DNA of 64,000 nucleotides, taken from Diadema antillarum (lineage: Eukaryota). This document shows, piece by piece, positions 52,871-64,000 of this stretch; position 1 is the first letter of the stretch; each line of letters opens with the position of its first letter. The notes under the pieces were generated by a model. That model was not told the DNA's origin and did not search any database. It saw only the letters and a program-made list of their open reading frames with translations. The stretch covers positions 682,001-746,000 of the forward strand of contig NW_027271496.1 of NCBI RefSeq assembly GCF_040938485.1. Direction: 5' to 3'. The translations under genes were made by a program, and so were the position numbers.

Positions 52871-54532
52871 CTATAGGCTAGATGTGAATGGAACGATGAA
52901 GACCTTTCATGCAAATATGCTGAAGAGGTACATCGAAAGAGAAAGAGAGGTAGAAGTAGATGCAGGTCAGAAACGGCCTCAGGAAAACACTGAGTCAAAG
53001 GTAGAGGTTGGTGCACAAGCCACCATTGTAGATGAGAATGAATGCGTAGGAGAAACTGAACTAGAGATGTCTCACACTGCAGGATGTGATGGAACATCCC
53101 GCAAAATGAACATAGAGCTACCAGTCTTTGAGGGAAAAGAGACATGCGAAGATGTCTCGATAAGTTCTGACTTTAGTAAAGCACAAGAAGAACAAGTAAA
53201 ATCTCTCTTGACTAACTTTCAGGCTGTTTTGACTGATGTCCCAGGTAGGACCACATTAGGAGAGCACTCGATCAAACTCACATCTTCTGACCCAGTACCG
53301 CAGAGACCGTATCCCGTGCCCCATACCATGAAGAGTGTAATCGAAGAAGAGACTCAAAAGATGGTCAAATCGGGGTAATAGAACCGTCAGATTCCCCCTA
53401 TTCATCCCCCATATAGTCATAGTGAGAAAGTCTGACGGAAGCAATCGGTTTTGTATTGATTTTCGTCAAGTAAACCGCATTACTGTGTTTGACGCTGAAC
53501 CATTACCCAACCCAGATGTCAGGTTCTATGTTCTTCTCTAAACTGGATCTATCTAAGGGGTATTGGCAGATACCACTGTCCCAAGACGCTAAAGAGAAGA
53601 CTGCATTCCGGAGTCCTAGCGGGCTCTATCAATTTCGTGTCATGCCCTTTGGGCTAGTTAATGCGCCCGCTACGTTCAGTAGGGTTATGAGGACACTGTT
53701 GCGAGGACTGCCTCATGTTCACAACTATCTAGATGATGTACTTATCCATACCCCTACATGGGAAGGGCACATGCGAGGTCTACATGAACTCTTCGTACGA
53801 CTTAGGTCAGCAGGACTAACAGTTAGGCCAAGCAAATGCCAAGTAGGATGCACACAGGTAGAATTTCCAGGCCATGTAGTACAGGAGGCCAAGTTGAAGC
53901 CAAAACGGGACAAGGTAGAGAAAATTCTCACCGCCCCTAGGCCTGAGACCAAGAAGGAGATGCGCTCCTTCATTGGGCTTGCGAGTTACTATCGCAAGTT
54001 TATCCCCGCCTTTGAGTCCATTGCAGCCCCGTTGACCGATTTGACTAAGAACCGCAAACCAAGACAGCTTAAGTTGGGTGAGCAAGAGGAAGAAGCCTTC
54101 CAGAAGCTTAAGGCAGGCCTTAGTACCGCCCCTATCCTCAGTCTCCCAGACCTAGCCAAACCGTTCATTCTGCCTACTGACGCATCTTCAACAGGAATAG
54201 GCGCAGTTTTACTGCAAGAACACAACGATGAGAAGTTCCCCATAGCCTATGCCAGGAGGAAGCTACTGCCCCGTGAACAAGCTTATTCTACCAAAGAGAG
54301 GGAATGCCTAGCTCTAGTATGGGGAATCAGCAAATTCCAAGTGTACCTAGAAGGTAACGAGTTCACAATTGAGACTGACCACCGCCCACTTGCCTACATC
54401 AATCAGGCCAAGTGTACGAATAGCCGAGTGATGAGGTGGGCGTTGGCCCTTCAACCATTTCGGTTCAGAATTGAAGCAATTCCTGGCTCAGAGAATGTCG
54501 GAGCTGATTTTCTCAGTAGAGTAGCCAATTAG
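52871..54532 (+). pseudogene. pol: Gmr1 pol, 3' part: reverse transcriptase and RNase H
   Basis: ORF 53489-54532 with FSKLDLSKGYWQI, MPFGL, YLDD, TDASSTGIG, ETDHRPL and ADFLSR. Frameshifts near 53378 and 53520. Confidence 0.9.
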
Positions 54533-55459
54533 TAGGCTGTAAGGATGAAGTGTTATTTCTTTTAATTTACCCTAGTCCACTGCCTGGACTGTTTTGTGTG
54601 ATCATTTACCGCGCGCACACACCGCTACAGCACGCGTATGCCCCACCGTACGCTCTTGTATTGATTTGCCGCGCACGCACGCATCTCGACCTCCAAAACA
54701 GTCCAGTCTGGTTTGCCAAGTCTCCCCGAAATATTTCGGAAAAAAATGGCCCCACCCCCACTCCCTCATTCATTTTGAGCATCCTGATTGGCCGATGAGA
54801 TCGCGTCCAGCAGGCAATTTGCGGGATCGAAAAAAGTCGATCGATCTTTAATCTTGTAGTCTTATATCCAAACAGGTATATTGCATTTAGCAATATAAGA
54901 TACGTATTTTACGCCGATATTTGTATTATTCTCAACATTTATTAATGAAATGTCAAAATTATTTTTCTTTTTATCAAAACTTGCTCAAATAATATATCTT
55001 AGAGGTCATAAGAGGAGAATGAAATTAGAACGTACATAAACCGTGCGTAAGATTAAGACTAACTTCTACTCGTTCCCATATTTGTTATAAATTAAATTAT
55101 AAATATCACAATTATCAACATTTTAAATCCATTTTTCGACAAAAAAATAATAATTTAGAAATTACAAGTGAAAAATTGATAAATACGTAAAGAAAAAGTA
55201 TTCGCCCATTTAAAGCATCGTGACCTATCGTACATGTCAATTTCGAGGTGGCTTAGCTCGATCGGGGATCCCCCCGGATCGCGTGTACAGCATACAGCTT
55301 GTGCAATGTGCTTTTCGTGTTGATTCCGAGTCTTGCGTTTTCCGACCAAAATCTATGCAGCATTTCAAGTATTTCCTCCACATCTTGTTTACATGATCAA
55401 TGGATGTCAACATCAGCGTCTCCGCGTCGCTTTTCTGACAGTGATAATGAGAAGAGCAT

Positions 55460-57111
55460 ACAATGCAATGTGCTACTGAGAAGCTTGGATTCGTTGACGG
55501 TTTCGGGGAGCAGCAGCAGAACCAGAACTTAGAAGTCCCTACACGTACACGTACTCGTTTCTCCGTGCATGGTCATGATTTGTTTATCTCCCTGCCAACT
55601 GGTTTTCGGCAATAGTGTGGTGTTCCAACTTCCAAGCTGCACCGTTATGCGTTGATATTCTTCGCAAACTAGATCTACATGATGGACCAGACTCTCCGAA
55701 AGCTGTGGCTCTTGTTTTCATGCCTTTGAAGTCTTTAATTTCGGACCAGATGAGCGCAATGAGCATGCAGGGCTATGGATCTTGCTTGGCCTGCGTGACA
55801 AAGTCAAAGACTCAAGCGGCCTACCTAGAGTAGCGGTAAGCTAATCATTTAGATCTATCCAGTTTCTAAAAATGATTCGTCAAGGCAACTTTCATTACGT
55901 GTCTCTTGTCTTGAATTACAAACTAACTGTAGGCCTCTAGTTGAACAACAAAAAAATGATTGTAAAACTAAATGTAGTAATGTCTGGCCTCTGGGCCGGG
56001 TAGGGTAAACACATGTCAGGCTTCGCTACTACAGTACTACTCTTGTGAGTGTTCCTAGGTGTACCAAGTTAAATCCTGTGTAATTATTGTGATAAATTGT
56101 TAACACCGTAACTGCAGTGGTTTTATTGCTTTGTACAGTACAGTAACTACTGTAACTTTCTTGCATACAAATGCAACTACACAAGGCCTACTGCCTTTTC
56201 ATAGCTTTAGTCTGTGAGCCACAGCCTTTGTCTCGTCAGCTTTGCTCCTCTACTCTGAGGAGCGATCGAGACACACGCTGTGGCCCTCAGACTAATTCTT
56301 CATGTGCATGTACATTGAGAAAAAACTCAAATAGGAACATGCTTCAGTATGCAAATGTACTCATACTTGTTCATCTATAGTCTAGATTACAATTATGCAG
56401 TCTTATGGCTCTGCGATATGCATTGTAGAGACTGCAGGCATTATGAAAATCATTTATGTGCAATGTAGAAAATGTTTTTTTTTTCTTATTTTTCAAATAG
56501 GGGGACCGCATCTGGAGACACCAAAGCATTTCGAGCAGCGTATGGAAAATTGGGTGAATTACGATCGAAATTCAAGTCGTCAGTCCTGCTGTTGCCCTGA
56601 CAGCCACTGCAACCAGAGATGTGCTTAGCGGTATCATCGAAAACTTTGGTCTTCGCAATTATGTGTGGGTAAATCAGTTGCCAGACAAGCAAAATATAAA
56701 ACATGTTGTCAAGTCTGCTGCAAGAGATTTAGATACAATGTTCAAGTGGCTGGCAGATGACTTGAAGACCCATGGTGCATGTTGTGAAAGGATGATAAAA
56801 ATGTGCAGTAATGTGTACGCAACCTTTATGGCACTGCTTCCAGAAGGTTGCCACAGGTATGTTAATAAGTTTATATGTACCACCGGAACACGGAAACTGA
56901 TATCCAAAAGGAAATTGTTGACAGCATCTGCTTGTTGGCAACAGATGGTGAAATCAGAGTTCTGATAGCTACCATTGCGTCTGGCCTGGGTGTTGACGTA
57001 AGCAGCGTACACAGTACGGTTTTGTGTGGATGCCCAAGCGATCTAGACGATTATATCCACTTTTTAAAAGCACTCAATTTTCAGGCCTTATCAGATATAC
57101 TGGTAACATGA
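55460..57111 (+). pseudogene. RecQ-like SF2 helicase relic, probably transposon-borne
   Basis: Fragments across frames: LFISLPTGF/GNSVVFQLP (motif I), VFMPLKSLISDQ (Ia), AFRAAYGKLGELRS, VALTATAT (III), MYHRNT, IRVLIATIASGLGVD (V), PSDLDDYI. Multiple frameshifts; intron-like gap 55833-56500. Confidence 0.75.
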
Positions 57112-58866
57112 AGAATCATGTACAGCTGTACATCGTAGCTCAGATTTTTTTTTTCAACTGAAAAATGTTACGTACACATGTGTACATGTAGCTTGTAAGT
57201 TGTACCTTTGGGCTTTTAAAATTGTTTTTAGAGAATTCATATGAATCCACTGTGGGTGTTTTTCCTCCTTAAGGTTTGTAATGGTGAGTGGTTGGTACAT
57301 TGGTTTCTGGTGTACCTAAATTTTTGCAGTTCCATGCTACATGTACAATAATTTTCCTTTTATCACTGCAATTACTGTACCTTGCTCTTATTCACTATGC
57401 AAATACAATGTACATTTGTACAGTCCTACTTTTCATACTGTACTTTGTTTTTTAGGCGTGAATATTTTCATTTCATTGGACATGTTGATGGGTACATATC
57501 ATAATTACAAGTGATAAAATTATGGAAAAGTTGAAATATTTTAGTTCAAGGTTGTGTTTTTGTGATGTAGTGGATTACATGTACATGTACATACAGACCA
57601 TGCCAAGTGGGGATGGGCTGTGTGTTTTGGGTGTTTGGGTGGGTATTTGAAAATTGAACTGTTATGCCGTTTGTCTGCACATGTAATTGTACATCGCATG
57701 TTCATCTATGCATGCATGTACAGGAAAGTGTACACATGTGTAGAGTATGTTTTTTAGTTGTACAGCTACCAAGAACTTGTTTACATATAGATACTTTCTT
57801 TACATACAAAATCACTCATGATAAGTACAGTATGTTCTTTGGCCCATTTTGATAAAAATAAAACTAGTTCTGTTAATGCACATGAACATTTGTACCTGTA
57901 GTTTGAACTGTGTAGCAATGAATTTATTTTCTTTTTTTAACCTTTAAAGCAATTTTTTACCAAGAATTGTTGTAAAACACAACAAATGAAAAAAACAAAA
58001 TCTTCAGTGGGACCAGGAAGATTTCTTTGTCATAACTTGTAACCAGTTTGTGTTAATCCTGTGTTTTTGATGTGTAATGAGAGTCTACTACACATGGTAA
58101 TCAGACTGAAATGTGACATATCAAATTATTTCTCTGACATCAAAATTCAGAGTCAAACAGTTTACAAAGTATTTTGTTTGAAATAATGCACTGTTGTTGA
58201 ACATTGATCATGAACTATCATGAATTATATACAGTAAATGTATTGTATATTACAGTACTTGTACATGTACATGTACAAATGAAAGTGTATAATGAAGGAA
58301 TTTCAAGAGCATGGAGAAACAACTGAAATATGCCTAATTTATCAACTATAGAACATTTAATTTCAGTTCCTTATGAGTACATGGTGGCACAGAATATCCA
58401 ACTTTAAAGACACTTATACACCTGAGGAATTATTTTGAACGTGCTTCCCAGAGTGACAACTTTTTGAACTCATTATTGACAGTTGGGAGTGGGATGCTAG
58501 CTTTGAAACTTCCTTGGTAGTTGGTACAACATTAACAGTTTTACCATCATGGCCAAATTTTTATAATGAATGCTTAAGAAGTAGGCCTAATGTGATGTTC
58601 AAATTACGCTACTCGTAGTCCATTTGTTTTCACTTTGCTGTCTGCTCTTACTGTACTCTACACAGTGTATCTAACAGTACATATATTGCACATGTACAGT
58701 GTACATGCACACCGTATACATTGTACATTTCAAAGTACAATAGTGGTAAATTGATGTATTTCCTGACCACACCTCAACACTGAAAAAAAATCTAAACTTA
58801 TTTGCCAATAATCAGCTGCCATAAACGTGGAAAAAAGTAGTCTACTACACTGTACAGCTGTATGTA

Positions 58867-61800
58867 TGGTTGGGGCACCACCTATCGACAGGGCACCTTC
58901 CCATCGACACCCAGCGTACGCATGGCTGTTTGCGTACAGAACGAAAATGTACGCGTGGGACTATGCGTAATACGCTATGAAAATGCACTGGCCTGACCAA
59001 CCGATCCAAAATGAGGCGAAAGCAGGTAAGAATCTGCATTTAATCGTTATTTATTCCGGTAATAACCTAGTTGTTGCTATAAATTGTTCACACTTACGAT
59101 TGAAATGCGTCAAAGAATTGATTTATGCTGTTATTTCGCCGAATTCTGCAGCATGTCGTCGCTATCCATCGAATTCTGATAGTGACGTAATAATTCTAGT
59201 GTATGTCGCTAGCGCCAGCTACGCTGGCTAGTGGTTCAAGTCCATTTTCCGAGTTATTTTAGAAGACGGGGAAAGGAGTCAGTTACGGAAAAAAAAAGAA
59301 TGCAAATCTGATTTTGATTTTAAAGGAGTTTATGTATGCCTAATAGGTAAAGACTGAGTGATAGATACAATCATAGTTATTTGGTTAAAAATAACATATG
59401 GCATTCAGAATCCCGGAATTTGTTCCGTGACCTACTCAACAATACTGGTGACAGAATATTGGTTGACGAAAGGGTGACGAAAGGGTGACGATAGGGCGAT
59501 GAGAGTGTGGCGAGAGGGTATAATGTGATGAGAGGTTGAGATGTCATTCTGGGGTGACTAGAATTTGTTAGAAAGAGCTTGAACATTGATGAAAAATTGT
59601 TTCACGACAGGATATTTGCAAACACACACACACACACACACACACAGGGCAAGAATAATTATTGTTGAAATCTAATGTGATTAACATGAACGTCTGATTT
59701 TTCTAATTTTCTAGCCAAATCCCCGACGTCGTCGTCGAAGGAACTACTCATCTCAAAGCTTTGAGAGAGCCCTCGCATTGGTGAAAAAGGGCGTATCAGT
59801 GATGAAAGCTGCCTTCAAATGTGGAGTCCCGAGAATCACTCTCCTGGATAGAGTAAATGGGCGCACGCAGAGCAGCAATTTATCCACGAAGCATACAATT
59901 TTGACACATGCAGATGAAGCTGCATTGGTTGACCATCTAAAGAAACTAGCATCATATGGATACGGCCTCACCAGAACACAGGTAAATATAATTTCAAACC
60001 TAAACTGACAGTCAGTATTTTTATACCAAAATAAACAAACATAAAAACATTATTTGATTTAAGAACTAAACCAAAATTTAATTCCATGTTATTTCTGTCT
60101 CTCACTTTCTACAGGTGATTCATCTTGCTACTGACATGGCAGACTCACTAGGAAGACGGCCAATAGAGATGAAAGGCAGACTTCTCTCAAAGAAGTGGTT
60201 CCAGCTCTTCATGCGTCGATGGCCTTCTTTGAATCTCACCTCTCCTCGCCGTCTTGAGATGAACCGTGCAAAGGCCACAACAAAGGAAGTGCTCAAAAAC
60301 TACTTCGGTGAGCTGCAGAGAACCATGCAGAAATATGATCTCCTGGACAAGCCCCAAAACATCTACAACATAGATGAGACAAACTTTAATGCCGATCATA
60401 AACCCCCCCAAGTGGTGAGTGACAGAGGTGAAAAAAGATCAAACTCAATAACATCGCATCGGATTGGCACGACAACCATTCTGGCTTGTGGGAGTGCTAT
60501 CGGCAGAGCACTCCCCCCCTTCTACATCTTCAAGGGGAAACGTAAGATATCTGATCTCATGAATGGTGCACTCCCGGGGTCGCAAATGTGCATGACAGAG
60601 AGTGGATGGAGCAATGGTGACGTCTTCAGAAACTACCTAGAACAACATTTTCTGCCATCACTCCCCCCACGACGGGTCAATGAGCACGTCATGATCTTGT
60701 ACGACGGGCATACATCACATATCTCCATTCCAGTCCTTGAATTTGCCAGAGCTCATCGAATCGTGCTGTTTGTGCTGCCGGCACACACGAGCCACGTTCT
60801 ACAACCACTAGATGTCGCGTGCTTCGCACCTTTGAAAAGAGCATACAGCACTGAATGTGCTAAGTTCATGCAAACACATCCCGGAGAAATGGTGACCAGA
60901 TACGACATCGCCCGTCTGTCCTCGTCAGCCTACCTAAGAGCTATGGGACCAGAAAACTTGAAATCGGCATTCAGGAAATCAGGGGTCTGGCCATTGAATC
61001 CAAAAGCCGTAGGAATGGAGGAAGCCACAAGACCAAGCTTGTTAGTGACTCCAACAAGAAAGGAAGCAAGCGCCCCACAACATCAGGTCGGACCCATGGG
61101 TGACGCCAGACAGACAACACAACAAACGTCTGCAGAAAGCTTTCTGTCGTCAAAAACACCAAGCCCACCCCAGCAGCAGGCAGAAAAGGGGACTCAGAGG
61201 AGGGTCACTGTCCACTTCCGGCCATCGGGTGTGTGTGTGTCAGAGGATAGGATCTTCCTCAAGATCTGCAAGGCAAAAAACAAGGGAAAGGAAAGACCCA
61301 CACAAAAGAAGACATGCCCGACAGATCAACCTGGACCATCAGGAATTTCAACAAAGTCAACAAGGAGGCTCTTTTCCGATCCCTCAGTTACAGACAGCGA
61401 GGACATGGAGGAAGATGACAACCCATGCTGTGTTTGCGGGAGGAATACGCCACCACATCCATCGCGGGACCATCTAGAATTCTACTCATGGGTCGCCTGT
61501 GACGAGAGTGGATGTTCTCATTGGGTACACCAGAAATACTGCACAGCATCCAACAAAATGTATGGCAAAAATGACACCTACAAATGCCCATGCCATTGAA
61601 AAAAAAAGAAAAGATTATCTTGGCATGATAATACATCAGGAGAAATATTGAAAACAGATGTGTTTTGTCTTTTATTTGCACTATGACTCTAATCATCAGT
61701 GATCATGACTGTAATTGGTTTTTATGTGTTGAAAGTGCGCTTGTTGATGGTTATGTTTGTTGGCTGTGATCTTACCATGTCAAAGAAATTAATGTATCAA

Positions 61801-62526
61801 AATAACAAGAGATATAAACAAATTAATGTTTATATCGATCGGCCACACATAATATCAAAATTGCTAAATGAAACATACAAACATATATTCAAAGTGAATA
61901 AAGGACAAAAGATATATAACAGCAAAGAATGACATTAACAACTTCACTACATTCCATCAGTTAAAAGGAAGCACTTTATTTTCAAAGGTTAATGGCAGAG
62001 GTTTTATTCTCTTTTTTTTTGTATAGGTTGAAAAAAAAAGAAATATACTAAATGTATTATCAGATCATAGAACTGATGCAGAAATTTAAATTTCACATCT
62101 TATAATAATTTAAACGTCTACAATACAAATAAATGATAAATAACTTCTTAAAAATAAAAATGTAATTGTATTTAAACGAAGAGACAAAGAAAAAAAATCA
62201 TAAACAAGAAAGCAAACTAAACTAAACACAAGTTTACAAACACGGTTCTGTGTGTATGACAGCGAAATGCAATGCACGTGTATTACCTATAGAGGGCGGG
62301 GTGTCGATGGCAAGGTTCCCTTTTCAGCCGCGCAAAGAAACCAGACATCGCGTACTGAAACGGCGATATTTCACTACGGAGACTCACAATCATCGGGGCG
62401 GTCACGGGATTCGAAACTGCGGTATTTACGGCATATCTGAGGCACGGCTCAGGTAAACTGGTTTTATACTTTTGGAATAAACGAGCTACAGATCCTTAGG
62501 GTGTCGATAGGTGGTACCCCCAACCC
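58867..62526 (+). mobile_element. Full-length pogo-superfamily DNA transposon (3660 bp)
   Basis: TA on both sides (58865-58866, 62527-62528). Imperfect TIRs tggttggggcaccacctatcgaca / tgtcgataggtggtacccccaaccc. Confidence 0.8.
59011..61599 (+). CDS. pogo-type DDD transposase, about 588 aa, with N-terminal HTH domains and a C-terminal PHD-like finger
   Basis: Exons 59011-59025, 59715-59981 and 60115-61599, all phase 0. Psq/CENP-B-like HTH AAFKCGVPRITLLDR. Catalytic YNIDET, LYDGHTSH, QPLDVACF. C-terminal CCVC...WVACDESGCSHWVHQKYC...YKCPCH. Confidence 0.85.
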
Positions 62527-62583
62527 TACAATGTTTTAATTTGGATGTGATTTGTAATAGGGGGTTTAATAAAATTGCTAAAA

Positions 62584-62584
<1 letters not shown>

Positions 62585-62617
<33 letters not shown>

Positions 62618-62874
62618 CACATGCGTGTATGCATTTGTGTGTGTTGTGTGCATGGCCCACACTTTTCCCAAGCATAATTTCACGCTGATTACCCCTTAAA
62701 TGTTTGTGAATTAGAAACAAACAAGTTGCTCTGTCAGACTGTCTTTTGATATGAATAGGCCTACTTATTTAATAATGTATATACATGGAGCTACTATTTT
62801 GAGCAAGTACAGGTATGGTTTGCAACAACAAAAAAGGAAGATATGATTGAATATCATATATATATATATATATG

Positions 62875-62916
<42 letters not shown>
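62585..62916. repeat. (TG)n (62585-62617) and (TA)n (62855-62916) microsatellites
   Basis: Direct reading. Confidence 0.9.
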
Positions 62917-62920
<4 letters not shown>

Positions 62921-64000
62921 TATGCAGAAGGGCAGTTCAACCAGAACTGTTCACTTCTGTAATGCCAGAGACAAATGGACCAATATCTCTGTAGCAAAAA
63001 TGCCCTTAAGCGTCTTCATCTTGGTTTACTAAATTTAGCTTTATTATCATGAAGACTAACAAACAAAGACTGAGTGACGGGGTATTCTTACAACAGGGAT
63101 ATTGGTCTGATTGTCTCTGTTATAGAAATTATCAAAGCGAATAGTTTCGGTCTAACTGCCCAGTAGGCCCTACATGAAGTGGTAATAAAATGATAAAAGT
63201 TTTACAAACTTAGTGCAATTCTTTAAATTTAGACTGCTCTCTAACATTTGGGGAAAAGAACAAACAAAAAAGGCACTTTCTGGTTCCTTGCATGTACTTC
63301 AAAACTTTGCACTACAAATTGTGTAATGTATCCCCTTCACCTCAACCACCCCTGAATATGCTAAGATATCTTGTATACCATAGCTAAGTAGAACCCACAT
63401 CTCACAGCCCTGAACTTACATTACAAAATTACATTATTTAGTGGGTCAGATAATAGTGAAAACAGGTGTATACAAGTACCTTTGCCAATTAAAGAATTTC
63501 TTTAATTTCTGAATATTTCATCATACAATATTATTAATGAAGAATATTTGATGACAAAATTATTTCCTTCAATAAATATGATTGGCACAATCCCCCCCCC
63601 CCAAAAAAAAAAAAAAAACATTGATCCCCTTTACCAACAATAACATCGCCAAACAAATCTTCCAACTTTTCTTGAGGTCCACATCTCGCGACCTTCACAG
63701 AGTTTTTTGCAGTTTTATGTAGTGTTTGGACGTTAGAAGTGGCACATCACAAATCATACATCGGCGAGCTGGCGATTTGTAGCTCGCCATTTCCTATCTC
63801 AAGAATAATATTCAAGTCATCATCGAATCGGGGCACAACAAAGTCCAAAACACCACGTGAAAGTAGGTCCTAGATGACTGCAACCATAACTTTCAGCCAG
63901 TCAAAAACGTTGCACGAATCAGCTTGCAACAATGCATGGTACGGATCACTGAAGCACTGAGTATCGCATTGCATTGTGATCAAAGAGTTGGCTCTTTGAT

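Larger units (their letters stand above)
46612..54560 (+). mobile_element. Decayed Gmr1-clade Ty3/gypsy LTR retrotransposon (gag-PR-INT-RT-RNaseH); 3' LTR not found
   Basis: SCAN-like gag, CCHC knuckle CYICGKNGHIAKDC, protease VLRDTGCS (~48349), integrase HHCC plus D-D-E, RT YLDD, RNase H TDAS...ADFLSR. Integrase precedes RT. Several frameshifts and stops. Confidence 0.9.

Noticed and set aside
54533-54900. 3' LTR of the Gmr1 element
   Set aside because: No polypurine tract and no similarity to 46612-46836.
60187-61696. Overlapping alternative-frame and antisense ORFs in the pogo transposase
   Set aside because: Shadows of the main transposase frame with no independent motifs.

Overview
AT-rich, intron-containing animal genomic DNA. 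The repeat landscape and a Gmr1-type retroelement suggest a marine deuterostome invertebrate such as a sea urchin (inference). No rRNA, tRNA or CRISPR was found. Host genes reconstructed by hand from splice sites and reading phase: (1) the 3' five exons of a single-pass receptor with a MAM-like domain, Thr/Pro/Ser stalk, TM helix and a tyrosine-motif-rich tail (1069-9940, +); (2) a stand-alone cold-shock-domain protein with an acidic loop insertion and acidic tail (12733-13167, +); (3) an intronless, highly divergent otopetrin-like channel (21791-23740, -); (4) a six-exon secreted YWTD-like beta-propeller gene (28650-34361, +), with a frameshifted duplicate of its last exon (37.1 kb) and a truncated paralogue (42815-43588). 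Two weak class A GPCR relics lie on the minus strand. The right third is nested mobile DNA: a decayed Gmr1-clade Ty3/gypsy element (INT before RT), interrupted by a 2.85 kb hAT-like element carrying a 7-copy ~277 bp tandem array; then a RecQ-like helicase relic (possibly AcademH) and an apparently intact, intron-containing pogo transposon with a C-terminal PHD finger. Many MITEs, LINE fragments and microsatellites fill the rest. All family assignments are motif recognition by eye, not database results.
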